From a virus (taxonomy: Duplodnaviria > Caudoviricetes): a stretch of 32,749 nt of DNA. Made by a program: the position numbers and the translations under genes. This document shows, in pieces, positions 23,669 through 32,749 of the stretch; the stretch's first letter is position 1, and every line of letters begins with the position of its first letter. Below the pieces are notes generated by a model. It saw only the letters and a program-made list of their open reading frames with translations. It did no database searches and was not told the DNA's origin. The stretch lies in IMG/VR virus record IMGVR_UViG_3300025571_000014, positions 1-32,749 of that record; one strand, given 5' to 3'.

Positions 23669-26600
23669 GTGGCGACCGTAGTTGAGGAACTCATCATCGC
23701 CCTCCGCGCGGACGGTGGGCAGCTTCGCACCGAACTGAACCGGCTGCTGCGCGAGAGTCAGCGCACCGGCAGGGAGTCGGAGCGAGCGCTAAAGCCGTTC
23801 TCCTCAGCTCTAGAGAGGATTGGTGCTGAGGCGCGCGCTGGCCTGCGGCCCCTGAGCGACTACCGCGACGAACTCAGGCGGCAGGCGGAGCAGTTGGAGC
23901 GGACCGCGCGGGCGCAGGACCGCAACAGCGCGGAGTACCGTCGCACTGTCGATGAACTGACCCGCGTGAAGCGGGAGCTTGCGGCCGTCACGACCGAACT
24001 GAGGACGCAGGAGACGCTGTGGGACCGCATCGGCGGCGGCATGACCCGCTTCGGCGGCGTGCTGTCGGTCGGTGTTACCGCCCCCCTCGCCGTCCTCGGC
24101 GCCACCGGCGTCAGGTCCGCGCAGCAGCTGGAAGTATTTGGGAAGACTCTCGAAACGCTCATCGGGGACGCAGATAGGGCCCGGGCTGTTTTCGAGGAGC
24201 TGTACGAGTTCGACACTCAGACCACGTTTGCGTGGCCCAATCTTACTAAGGCTACAACGCTGCTCGCGGCGTTCAACTTCGAGGCGGAAGAGCTGATCCC
24301 GACTCTCGGGATGCTTGGCGACATCGCGGCCGGCGTGAACATGTCGATCGACGAACTGGCCGAGATATACGGCAAGGCGCGTGTTCAGGGTCGGCTGTTC
24401 ATGGAGGACATCAATCAGTTGACCGGGAGAGGGATTCCGGTCATCCAGGAGCTGGCCAAGCAGTTCGGCGTCACCGAGGACCAAGTGCGGTCCCTCGTGT
24501 CGGAGGGGCGCGTCGGGTTCGAGCACATCGAGCAGGCGTTCATCAGCCTGACCAGCGAGGGCGGGCGGTTCTTCGGCCTCATGGCCGCGCAGACCGACAC
24601 CAGCGCCGGCAAGCTCATGGCGCTCCGCAAGGAGTTCGAGCAGGTCACAGACCTGGTGGGCGAGGCGTTGCTGCCGACGCTGGACGCGATGGTGCAGCGC
24701 GCCCGCTCCGCCGTCGAGTGGTTCGTGAACCTGGACGAGGCTACGCAATCCCTCATCGTCAACACCGGGATCTTCGTGGCCGCGGTCGGTCCCGCCCTGG
24801 TCGTGGTGGGGCAGATGGTGACGGCGGTGCAGCGCCTACGCACCGCCCTCATCGCGCTCCGCGCCGCGGGACTCCTCAGCTTCGGCCCCGCCGGTTGGGC
24901 TGCGCTGGCCGTTACCGCCGGTGCTGGCCTAGCGCTCGCGCTGTCCGGCAAGCGCGACAGCCTGGACGCTGCCGCTGAGCGCGCCAGCGAAGCGCTCGCC
25001 AGTGGCGACCAGGATAGCCTCCTCTCCGCCTTGCAGGATCTTGAGCGGTTCGCCGACCGCGATATGCGCGAGACGCTGCAGGGTCTTCAGGAGGAGATAC
25101 GCCGCACAGGAGAGGTTAGCGAGGAGACCGCCGCGGAGATCACGGCGTCGGTCAGAGAGGCGCAAGCCGCTCCCCTGAGGGCGCAGCTTGCCGCCCTGCA
25201 GGTGCAGCGCGAGAGCCTGCTGGAGCGGCGTGGCATGATCACCACGCCCGAAGCGTTCGACCCCGCCGCGACTGAGGCGGAGATAGAGCGCCTGCGCGCT
25301 GAGGGTAACGCCCTCCTCGACGCGGGCCGCGAAGCCGAGGCGGCGGCGGTCGCCGAGCGCATCCGCTCCCTAGAGACCGCCTTGCACATGAGCGAGGCCG
25401 AGTGGGAGCGCACGCGCCGCCAGAGCGAGGAAAGCCTGGCGAACATCGACGAGCAGATAGCCGCCATCGATGCGCAGATAGCCGACATCGAAGCGCGCCT
25501 CGATGCGCTCACCAGCACGACGCCCGACACGGCCCGGGGCGGTGCCACGCAGACGGCTACGACCCCCGCCGCGACCCCAGCTGTGGCCGAGGCGGGTAAG
25601 AAGGTCCGCACGGCCGAGGAGGTGCTGGCGGACCTGGAGAAGGCCCGGCGTGACGCCCGCGAGATCGCGGCGGCGCACGGGGACACGCTGGAGGCGCTGG
25701 CGCAGGAGACGCAGGCGAACATCGCCGCGACTACCTCCGCACTGACCGCCCTCATCAGCGAGGTCGGCCTGGACAGCACGCACCCGCTGGTGCAGCAGCT
25801 GGTCGCCGACCTGCGCGCGTTGGGCGCGGAGGCGGACAGGCTGCGCAACGCGACCACGCCCCGCAAGCTGGCGATTGAGCCGGTCGCGGAGGTGGACGCC
25901 GCCACCATCGCCGCGCTCGACGCGATGCGTGAGGTGGAGCGGCGGCAGGCGGAGGTCGCGTCGCGCGTGCAGGCGGGAGCGATCACGTCCGCGGACGCGA
26001 TGCGCGAGGAGCTTGAGGCGATCGAGGACGAGCTGGGCGACCTCAGCCGCGTCTACGCCGACCTCGCCCCCGAGCACCAAGAGTACTATCGGCAGCTTGA
26101 GGCCCGCGCCCGCAGCCTGCGGCAAGAACTGGAGCGCCTGGAGCGGCAGGAGGCGGCACGCGCCGCTGCCGCGATCCGCGCGCAGGAGCTTGACGACGCG
26201 ATACGAACAGACGTAGAAGCCGCCCGCGCGAGACAGGCTGAGGTGGACCAAGAGCGGCTGGTGCGGGAGCGGCAAGCGGCCGCCGTGGGCGCCGCGCTGC
26301 AGGCGGCGCTGGAGAGCGGCAACACCGCCCTCATGCGCGAGGCGCTGGCCGACCTGGACCAGTTCGCCACCCGCTTCGGGCAGGCGTGGGCCGAGGCGCT
26401 GTTCGCCAGCCAACGCGCGCAACTGGAGCGTGAGATCGCTGCGTTCGAGGCACGCATGGCGCGCGCCGCCGCGCTGGACGACGCGATCCGGGCGGACGTG
26501 GAGGCGGCCCGTGCGAGGCAGGCGGAGGTGGACCAGGAGCGTGTGCGGCGCGAGAACCGCATGGCGCGCGTCGCGTCCCTGATCGACACCGCCCGTGGCA

Positions 26601-28369
26601 CCGGTAGCGTCGAGGACGCCCGCCGCGCCCTGGCCGAGATCGACCGGTTCCGCGTCGACTTCGGCGCGGCGTGGGCCGAGACGTTCGCCGTGCACGAGAG
26701 ATATTTGCGCCGCGTGATCGAGGCGAGCGAGCAGGCGGCACAGCGCACCGACCGCATCACCTTCAACGACTTCACCGCCAACGCGGCCGCGCGGCGCGAG
26801 GTATTGCAGCAACTGGCGCGCGACCTGGCGCTGGCCGACATGAACGCCGAAGCGTTCGGTGACGCGCTAGGCGGCGCTGCAGAGAAGGCGCGGCTGGTGC
26901 AGGCGGCGATCACCACCCTCATCAGCCTCGGCCTCGCCCCGTCCAGCGCCACGATCCAGCAGCTGGTCGCGGACCTGGAACACTGGCAAGCGGTCGTGCA
27001 GGAGGCGGAGGACCAGGAGGAGCGCCTGCAGCGCTTCCGCGATGCCGTCGAGACGGCCAAGGGGATGCTTGGCGAGCTCCCCGGTCCGATCGAGGAGAAC
27101 ATCGCTACGCTGCGAGAGTATCGCGACAGCCTCGACATGAGCGAGGAGGGCGCTGAGGAACTCCGTGAAGAGCTTGAGCGTCTCATCGCCGCTCTGGAGC
27201 GGCTGCAGGCGATCGCATCGTCACCGCTCAAGGAACTGGCCGACAACCTCGGCAGCCTGTCGAACGTCACGACCGGCCTAGCGTCCCGGTTCGCCCGCGG
27301 CAGCGCCGATGTCGCCGAGGGGCTGCGCCTCATCGCCGACGAGGGTAAGCGGCTGGAGGGCGTCGCCAGCATCATCCGCGGCGTGACTGAGGCGATCCAG
27401 GCTGTGACCGACGCCGCCGAAGAAGGCGGGCTCGACGGCAACGAGATCCTGGACCTGATTGGCGGCATCGGGTCCGTCGCGGCAGAGGCGATCGGCACCC
27501 TGACCGGCATCCCCGGCCTGGGTCAGGTGGTCGCCGCCTCCTTCGAGCTGGTCAAGTCCGTCATCGGCGACCTGGGCAACGGGCTCGCAGAGATACGCGA
27601 GCAGGTCGAAGAGACCGCCCGGCGCACCACGTATGTCGGCCGCGCCATGCTCGACCAATTCGCGGCCGAGTACACCCGCCGCGTGTCCCGCGGCGGCATC
27701 GCCGGCAGCTTCGGCGCCACGAAAGCCGAACTCGACCAAGAGGCGTTCGACGCCGCTGTGCAACTGGCCGAAACGTTCGGTAGCGCCATCGCGTCCGCGC
27801 TGGCCGCGGACAACTGGCAGGAGGCGCTGGACCTCGGCTTCGACCGCCTCATCCGCGACCAGTTGATCGAGGCGTTCATCCTGTCCCCCGAGATCCAGGC
27901 GTTGATCCAGCAGATGGTCGAGTTCTGGAATCGCGCTTGGGAGGACGGGCGGTTGGACGCGTCCGAACTGGCCGAGTGGGATCGGATGCGCGCCGAGCTA
28001 CTGGCCGCGGGCAAGGCGGCGCGCGAGCAACTGGAGGAGTTGGGTCTGCTGGAGGAGGAGACCGCGAAGCCGCGCAGCACAGGCAGCCGGATCACGGAGC
28101 TGACCGGCCCCAGCCGTGACTTCTTCGCCGACCTGCTCGCGCCGCTGCGCCACTTGGGGGCGCAGTTGGCGACCCTGCAGGACATACGGAACATCCTCGC
28201 CACGCGCCTGCCGACCGTCGCGGCCGGTGGCGGGACGATGGTCGCCGCTGGCTCGGGAGTCGTGATCAACGGCCCCATCACTATCACCCCGGCAACCGAC
28301 CGGTTTGACGCCCGCGCCCTGTTCGACGAACTGTCGCGGATCGCGCAGCGCCGTGCGAGGGGAGTCTGA
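23669..28369 (+). CDS. Tape measure protein, 1566 aa
   Basis: Ala/Glu/Arg-rich helical; tape-measure domain LGDIAAG...YGKARVQGRL..EDINQLTGRGIP. Confidence 0.95.
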   Translation: MATVVEELIIALRADGGQLRTELNRLLRESQRTGRESERALKPFSSALERIGAEARAGLRPLSDYRDELRRQAEQLERTARAQDRNSAEYRRTVDELTRVKRELAAVTTELRTQETLWDRIGGGMTRFGGVLSVGVTAPLAVLGATGVRSAQQLEVFGKTLETLIGDADRARAVFEELYEFDTQTTFAWPNLTKATTLLAAFNFEAEELIPTLGMLGDIAAGVNMSIDELAEIYGKARVQGRLFMEDINQLTGRGIPVIQELAKQFGVTEDQVRSLVSEGRVGFEHIEQAFISLTSEGGRFFGLMAAQTDTSAGKLMALRKEFEQVTDLVGEALLPTLDAMVQRARSAVEWFVNLDEATQSLIVNTGIFVAAVGPALVVVGQMVTAVQRLRTALIALRAAGLLSFGPAGWAALAVTAGAGLALALSGKRDSLDAAAERASEALASGDQDSLLSALQDLERFADRDMRETLQGLQEEIRRTGEVSEETAAEITASVREAQAAPLRAQLAALQVQRESLLERRGMITTPEAFDPAATEAEIERLRAEGNALLDAGREAEAAAVAERIRSLETALHMSEAEWERTRRQSEESLANIDEQIAAIDAQIADIEARLDALTSTTPDTARGGATQTATTPAATPAVAEAGKKVRTAEEVLADLEKARRDAREIAAAHGDTLEALAQETQANIAATTSALTALISEVGLDSTHPLVQQLVADLRALGAEADRLRNATTPRKLAIEPVAEVDAATIAALDAMREVERRQAEVASRVQAGAITSADAMREELEAIEDELGDLSRVYADLAPEHQEYYRQLEARARSLRQELERLERQEAARAAAAIRAQELDDAIRTDVEAARARQAEVDQERLVRERQAAAVGAALQAALESGNTALMREALADLDQFATRFGQAWAEALFASQRAQLEREIAAFEARMARAAALDDAIRADVEAARARQAEVDQERVRRENRMARVASLIDTARGTGSVEDARRALAEIDRFRVDFGAAWAETFAVHERYLRRVIEASEQAAQRTDRITFNDFTANAAARREVLQQLARDLALADMNAEAFGDALGGAAEKARLVQAAITTLISLGLAPSSATIQQLVADLEHWQAVVQEAEDQEERLQRFRDAVETAKGMLGELPGPIEENIATLREYRDSLDMSEEGAEELREELERLIAALERLQAIASSPLKELADNLGSLSNVTTGLASRFARGSADVAEGLRLIADEGKRLEGVASIIRGVTEAIQAVTDAAEEGGLDGNEILDLIGGIGSVAAEAIGTLTGIPGLGQVVAASFELVKSVIGDLGNGLAEIREQVEETARRTTYVGRAMLDQFAAEYTRRVSRGGIAGSFGATKAELDQEAFDAAVQLAETFGSAIASALAADNWQEALDLGFDRLIRDQLIEAFILSPEIQALIQQMVEFWNRAWEDGRLDASELAEWDRMRAELLAAGKAAREQLEELGLLEEETAKPRSTGSRITELTGPSRDFFADLLAPLRHLGAQLATLQDIRNILATRLPTVAAGGGTMVAAGSGVVINGPITITPATDRFDARALFDELSRIAQRRARGV

Positions 28370-28371
28370 CC

Positions 28372-29151
28372 ATGCCGCAATCCTTCGAGAACGCCCGCGG
28401 AGCGGTGCTTGAACTTCCCCGCGGGCTGCGTGTCTCCGGGTTCGACCGTCCCGCCGTCGTGACCCTCGCCCGTGGCGGACTCGGGCACGAGGTGATCCGG
28501 CGCACCCTCGAGCCCGCCCGCGGCAGCCTAGAGGGGGCGTTGACAGGCCGCTCCTACGCTGAAGCGCAGGCCAAGCTGGACGCCCTGCTCGCCTTCCTAC
28601 ACCACCAGCCGCTGCGGTTCCGCCGGCACGCCTTGACCGACCCATACTTGGAGGTGTGGACAGAGGGGCTGGCGGACGACGGCACAACGGTGGGGAAGGC
28701 GGCGCAGGTGCGCGTTCCGCTGGTCGCGCCCGACCCGCTGTGGATCGGTGACCCACAGGGTTACCCCGGCGGTGGCGCCTACCAGGACGTGCCCGGGGAC
28801 ACATATGCTTTCGCAATCACGAACGTTGGGACCGCGCCCGCGCCCCTCACCGTCTACATGCGGGCGCCGGCGGGCGGCGCGGCGCACCTGCCGATGATCG
28901 AGAACCTGACCACCGGCCAGTCCGCCCGGTACAACGCCGCCCTGCTCGACGGGCAGGAGCTTGTCGTGGACGGGCGGGCGCACGCGGCGGTGGTCGAGGA
29001 AGGGGCGCAGCAGACCGTCGTGACCGACCTCATGAGCAACGCCTTCCTAGTCGGCGGGCTGCACGTGGCCCCCGGCGAGAACAACCTGCGGGTCACCGTG
29101 GCGGTGCCCGGCGTCCGGTTCCGCCTCGCCTACACCGCCCGCTACTACTGA
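28372..29151 (+). CDS. Distal tail protein (Dit-like)
   Basis: APDPLW, ITNVGTAPAP, PGENNL, terminal ARYY; follows TMP. Confidence 0.8.
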   Translation: MPQSFENARGAVLELPRGLRVSGFDRPAVVTLARGGLGHEVIRRTLEPARGSLEGALTGRSYAEAQAKLDALLAFLHHQPLRFRRHALTDPYLEVWTEGLADDGTTVGKAAQVRVPLVAPDPLWIGDPQGYPGGGAYQDVPGDTYAFAITNVGTAPAPLTVYMRAPAGGAAHLPMIENLTTGQSARYNAALLDGQELVVDGRAHAAVVEEGAQQTVVTDLMSNAFLVGGLHVAPGENNLRVTVAVPGVRFRLAYTARYY

Positions 29152-29152
29152 C

Positions 29153-30370
29153 ATGCTCACAGTCCGCATCCTCAACCCACTCACCCGCAGCGTCCTGGCT
29201 GTGCTTCCTGAGGCGACAGACCCGCGGTATAGCCGCCGGCCCAGGTCCGCCACGGAGATCACGGTGAGCGTGCCGCGTGACGCGCCCGGGCTGGCGCACG
29301 CGACCCGCGGCCGGCTGCTGGAGGTGTGGCGCGGCGACGAGTTGGAGGCGTCCGGGCGGTTGGAGCTGCGGGACGTGTCCGGCGACTCCGTGACCCTGAC
29401 CGCCTACACTGAAGAGATCCGCCTGAAGGACTACCGCACGCCCGCCGCGTACGGCGCGGCGTTGTCCGGCAGGGACGCAGCCGACGTGATACGCGCTTGT
29501 CTAGACCGATGGTACCCGATCCGCCTCAAGACTGTGAAGGAATGGCTGGAACTGTCGGAGCACATGCGGAGCCGCTTGTCGAGCGGTGTGAGCGCTCATG
29601 ACGCCGGCGGTGGCACCCTCTGGCTAGCCCGCGACGCGCAGGGCCGCTACGTCCGCTCTGGCTGGGCCCGGTACATGTTCGACTCCAGCACCATCCCCGG
29701 CTTCACCGGCTGGGACCGAATTAGGTGGGCCAGCGACTACCCGCCCGATGGCTTGGTCTACACGACCGTCCAGTACCTCCTCTCGGACGGCGGAGCCGTG
29801 CCGCACCCAAGCGACCCGACTGGGTACCTCCCGAACGTGTCATGGCAGTCACCCTCGACGAACCCGCAAACGCTTTACGGGGAGCGCGGCGTGCTGCCCG
29901 ACGAGATCGGGATCGACCTCGGCGGCGCGACCAACCGCTACCTGTACGTCGTGCTCCGCCTCTACACCGACGACCAGACCAGTCAGGAGGAGGGGGAGGA
30001 GGGCACGAGCGGGTCGTCGCCACGCTTCTACGCCCTGGAGGTCGTGGCGCGCACGCAGGGCGAGATCATCGCCGGCGACATCCCCGCCGAGACGGGCGTC
30101 ACGGTACAGGCGATCAACGCCGACAGCGCTACCGCGTTCGACGTGATCCGCGATGCGTGCGAGCAGGCCAACCTAGACTTCCAGGTCGTCGCCGGCGCAC
30201 TCCACGTCGCCGAGTCGTTCGGCGGCGAGGACGGCCTGCACCTGGTCACGAGCGAAGGGACGCGCGTGCTGGTCGCGGAGCCTGATGAGTTCGATATCAT
30301 CACCGTCAACGGCGTGCCCCTGCATGACGCGCAGGGCCGCTACTACGTCGTGCCGAAGGTGGGCGGATGA
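29153..30370 (+). CDS. Tail tip / hub protein, N-terminal part (Tal-like)
   Basis: Follows Dit; hub-like N-terminus, aromatic-rich central domain, TAFDVIRDACE..NLDFQV. Confidence 0.65.
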   Translation: MLTVRILNPLTRSVLAVLPEATDPRYSRRPRSATEITVSVPRDAPGLAHATRGRLLEVWRGDELEASGRLELRDVSGDSVTLTAYTEEIRLKDYRTPAAYGAALSGRDAADVIRACLDRWYPIRLKTVKEWLELSEHMRSRLSSGVSAHDAGGGTLWLARDAQGRYVRSGWARYMFDSSTIPGFTGWDRIRWASDYPPDGLVYTTVQYLLSDGGAVPHPSDPTGYLPNVSWQSPSTNPQTLYGERGVLPDEIGIDLGGATNRYLYVVLRLYTDDQTSQEEGEEGTSGSSPRFYALEVVARTQGEIIAGDIPAETGVTVQAINADSATAFDVIRDACEQANLDFQVVAGALHVAESFGGEDGLHLVTSEGTRVLVAEPDEFDIITVNGVPLHDAQGRYYVVPKVGG

Positions 30371-31728
30371 AGGCACAACTGCTGACGCTGACCGAGACGA
30401 CAGACGGGTTCGCCACCGCAATCATCGCTCGCGGTCCGGGCTCTGGGATCAACCGGTGGCAGGTGCGACTCGTCAACGAAGCGGCCGCGGCGGAGTACGG
30501 GCTGCGGGAAGCCGTCGTGGACTTCCCCAACGCCCTCGACGCCGACCACCTGCGGCAGCTTGCCGAGGAGCACCTGGCTCACGTCAGCGACCCCGCCAAC
30601 TTCCAAGAGTTGACCGTGCGCGTGTCCGGCCACGACCGGCCCCTGCGCATCGGGCAGCGCGTCCGCGTCAGTGACGGGGAGCTAGGGTTCACGACCACCG
30701 GCATCATCACGTCCCTCGACGTGGCCGAGGACGCGACCACCATCACGCTAGGCGGCGTGCCCGCCAACCTCCTCGACGTTGTGAACCGACGCGAGGAGGA
30801 GGAGCGGCGCCAGGTCGCCCTCGGCCTGCCCGCGCCCGACCAGGTGGACGTGCAGCCGACGCCCACGGGCATCATCGTGTCCGCCCGCGCCGGCGTCGCG
30901 TCTCGCGCGGTGGGGCTTGAGGTGCACGTCTCAACCGTCAACGGGTTCACCCCGGACGCGAGCACGCGCGCTGCCCGAGGTCCCGGGACTCGCTTCGTGA
31001 TCGACGGCTTGCCAATCGGAGTGAGGCAATATGTGAGGGTTCGAGCTTACGACGACCGCGGGAACTTCTCGCCGTTCACGCAGCAGGTGAGCGCGGTACC
31101 GCGCGGCGTCGGCGGACCCGAACTCGTCGCCGGCACGATCGAACTGACGAACGCTGAACGACCACAGGCAGCGCTGTCTGTCAAGACGACCGCCGGCGCG
31201 GAGGTGCTGCGCCTCGGGAACATCACTGGGAAGCCGGGAGTCCCCACCGGTGTGAACTACGGCCTGTGGGGGGTCCTCGGTAGCGGCGTGTTCATCGAGG
31301 GCGCGCCCCGCATCCTGCAGGTGCGCCGGGTCAACATCACCCTCACACACAGCGGGAGTTTCACGGCTAATCAGGTGGTCTCCAGCGACTCCACCTCGAC
31401 GGCGGAGAGCCTGACGCTGCCCACGGTGCCCGTTGGGTACCGGCTGCACGCCCTCTGGCTGCCGTCTGAGTGGGACGTGTACTACCGGGTGACCAGCCCC
31501 GCGTCCGTGATAAATGCCGCCCTGTTCGAGCGGTTCTGGGTTCAGCCGCAGCTGAGGTACGGGACCTCCACGTGGACGGCGCAACCGGAGATGGAGCCCT
31601 CCGGGACGACCTTCAACGGCATCCGGCTCCGGGTGGTAACGCGCACGTGGGTGCGGCAAGGGGTCAGCGGTGGGGCGCTCAACTACGTGGCCTCCGGCGT
31701 CGTCCTGCTAGCGCTCCTGCCCGAATAG
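30367..31728 (+). CDS. Tail tip protein, C-terminal hub part with FN3-like domain and distal fibre
   Basis: ATAIIARG, AAEYGLRE, LRIGQRVRV.D.ELG; FN3-like YVRVRAYDDRGNFS. Confidence 0.7.
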   Translation: MKAQLLTLTETTDGFATAIIARGPGSGINRWQVRLVNEAAAAEYGLREAVVDFPNALDADHLRQLAEEHLAHVSDPANFQELTVRVSGHDRPLRIGQRVRVSDGELGFTTTGIITSLDVAEDATTITLGGVPANLLDVVNRREEEERRQVALGLPAPDQVDVQPTPTGIIVSARAGVASRAVGLEVHVSTVNGFTPDASTRAARGPGTRFVIDGLPIGVRQYVRVRAYDDRGNFSPFTQQVSAVPRGVGGPELVAGTIELTNAERPQAALSVKTTAGAEVLRLGNITGKPGVPTGVNYGLWGVLGSGVFIEGAPRILQVRRVNITLTHSGSFTANQVVSSDSTSTAESLTLPTVPVGYRLHALWLPSEWDVYYRVTSPASVINAALFERFWVQPQLRYGTSTWTAQPEMEPSGTTFNGIRLRVVTRTWVRQGVSGGALNYVASGVVLLALLPE

Positions 31729-31735
31729 GAGGAAC

Positions 31736-32218
31736 ATGTACAACGAACTGACGAATCAGGGAAACGTCAAGTGGTCCCAGGTAGAGAGCGGGGGAATCCG
31801 CCTCGACGTGGACCCGCTGGCCTCGCTCATCCTCGCCGCGATCGACGCCGCCGAGGTGAAGGAGGGCGGCGTGCGGGTCGTGCAGCGCGGAAGCAACGCG
31901 AACGGCGATTACGTGCGCTTCGCGGACGGCACGCAGATAGCTGTCGTGCGGCAAGGCGGCATCGGAGCGGTCAATACTTCGTTCGGTTCCGGCTATATCA
32001 GATCGGTCGGACCGGTCACCTGGCCGGCTGCGTTCATAAGTGCGCCTAGAACCTTCGCGTTCGCCTTTAAGTCGAGCGGGAACGCGCCCATCTGGGCGAC
32101 AGGCGGCACAGGCGCCGCCACGACGACCTCCGCTCCGCAAGTCTGGGTCAACGTTTGGGTCAGCACGTCCGACACAAACAACGTTGTCGAGCGACTCGGG
32201 ATAGGGAGGTGGAAGTGA
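31736..32218 (+). CDS. Short tail fibre protein
   Basis: GSNANGDYVRFADGTQI, TWPAAFISAP and terminal IGRWK are typical fibre C-terminal motifs; SD AGGAGG. Confidence 0.8.
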   Translation: MYNELTNQGNVKWSQVESGGIRLDVDPLASLILAAIDAAEVKEGGVRVVQRGSNANGDYVRFADGTQIAVVRQGGIGAVNTSFGSGYIRSVGPVTWPAAFISAPRTFAFAFKSSGNAPIWATGGTGAATTTSAPQVWVNVWVSTSDTNNVVERLGIGRWK

Positions 32219-32499
32219 TGCAACTGCGCTTCGTCAAGCAAGTACCGCCCGGCGACCCGCCGCACGAGCTCGTCTACGAGGTGGAGGGTGACGTGCTCAC
32301 CGTGACGCACAAGGCGGGCGAGGTCGTGACCGTGGACGTGTTCGACTTCACCGGCACACCCGACGGGAAGCTGGACGTCGATACAATCGAGACGACCCTA
32401 CCCGTGCAGCCGATCCTCGCCGCCGAGCGCGTGGACGGCCTGCTCACCGTGACCGTTCTGGACTGGAGGCAGGACAGTGGCCCGGTTCACGTGGAGTAG
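32218..32499 (+). CDS. Tail-fibre-associated hypothetical protein, 93 aa
   Basis: ATG overlaps the fibre stop (TGATG); GDVLTV...FDF...PDG.L...ERVDG.L.V. Confidence 0.65.
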   Translation: MQLRFVKQVPPGDPPHELVYEVEGDVLTVTHKAGEVVTVDVFDFTGTPDGKLDVDTIETTLPVQPILAAERVDGLLTVTVLDWRQDSGPVHVE

Positions 32500-32749
32500 T
32501 CGCGCCGACCTAGAGGCGAAGGCGAAGGCCGACGCCCTGGCCGCCCTCCGCGCCGAACGCGACCGGCTCCTGAGAGAGTCCGACTGGACGCAGCTGCCTG
32601 ACGCGCCGCTAACCGCCGCAGAGAGGGCCGAGTGGGCCGCTTACAGGCAGGCGCTACGCGACCTGCCCCAAGAGGCCGAGCGCCTCGGGGACCCGGCGCG
32701 TGCGGCGATGCCCACGCCGCCGAAGCGGCGCGCCCCGGACCCGGACGGG
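32477..32749 (+). CDS. Tail fibre assembly chaperone, truncated by the window end (not in ORF track)
   Basis: Hand translation MARFTWSS...LRAERDRLLRESDWTQLPDAPL...WAAYRQALRDLPQ; SD GGAGG. Confidence 0.85.
   Translation, partial: MARFTWSSRADLEAKAKADALAALRAERDRLLRESDWTQLPDAPLTAAERAEWAAYRQALRDLPQEAERLGDPARAAMPTPPKRRAPDPDG

Noticed and set aside
23810-28816. Long antisense ORFs up to 480 aa opposite the tape measure gene
   Set aside because: Shadow frames expected from high GC3; no recognisable motifs or ribosome-binding sites.

Overview
About 32.7 kb of a GC-rich tailed dsDNA phage with a long non-contractile-type tail; both ends run out of the window. The left arm (minus strand, to 11.2 kb) is a replication and nucleotide-metabolism operon: HTH protein, SNF2 helicase, VRR-NUC, acidic SSB-like protein, AAA ATPase, PD-(D/E)XK nuclease, family A polymerase, dCMP deaminase, two thymidylate-synthase-fold genes, a dCTPase-like pyrophosphatase and a dNMP kinase. 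A divergent primase-helicase is followed by an origin-like block of five 33-bp repeats and dense GCGAAA palindromes. The right arm (plus strand) runs from terminase through head, neck, tail, tape measure and tail tip to fibre genes. Most notable: (1) an apparent nucleotide-level cytosine modification pathway with two TS-fold paralogues, both with Asp at the dCMP-specificity position; (2) an in-frame LAGLIDADG endonuclease inside the main TS-fold gene with no intein or intron core, but with complementary sequences linking its two junctions. No integrase, lysis genes, tRNA or CRISPR array seen. All calls are by-eye motif recognition; no searches were run.
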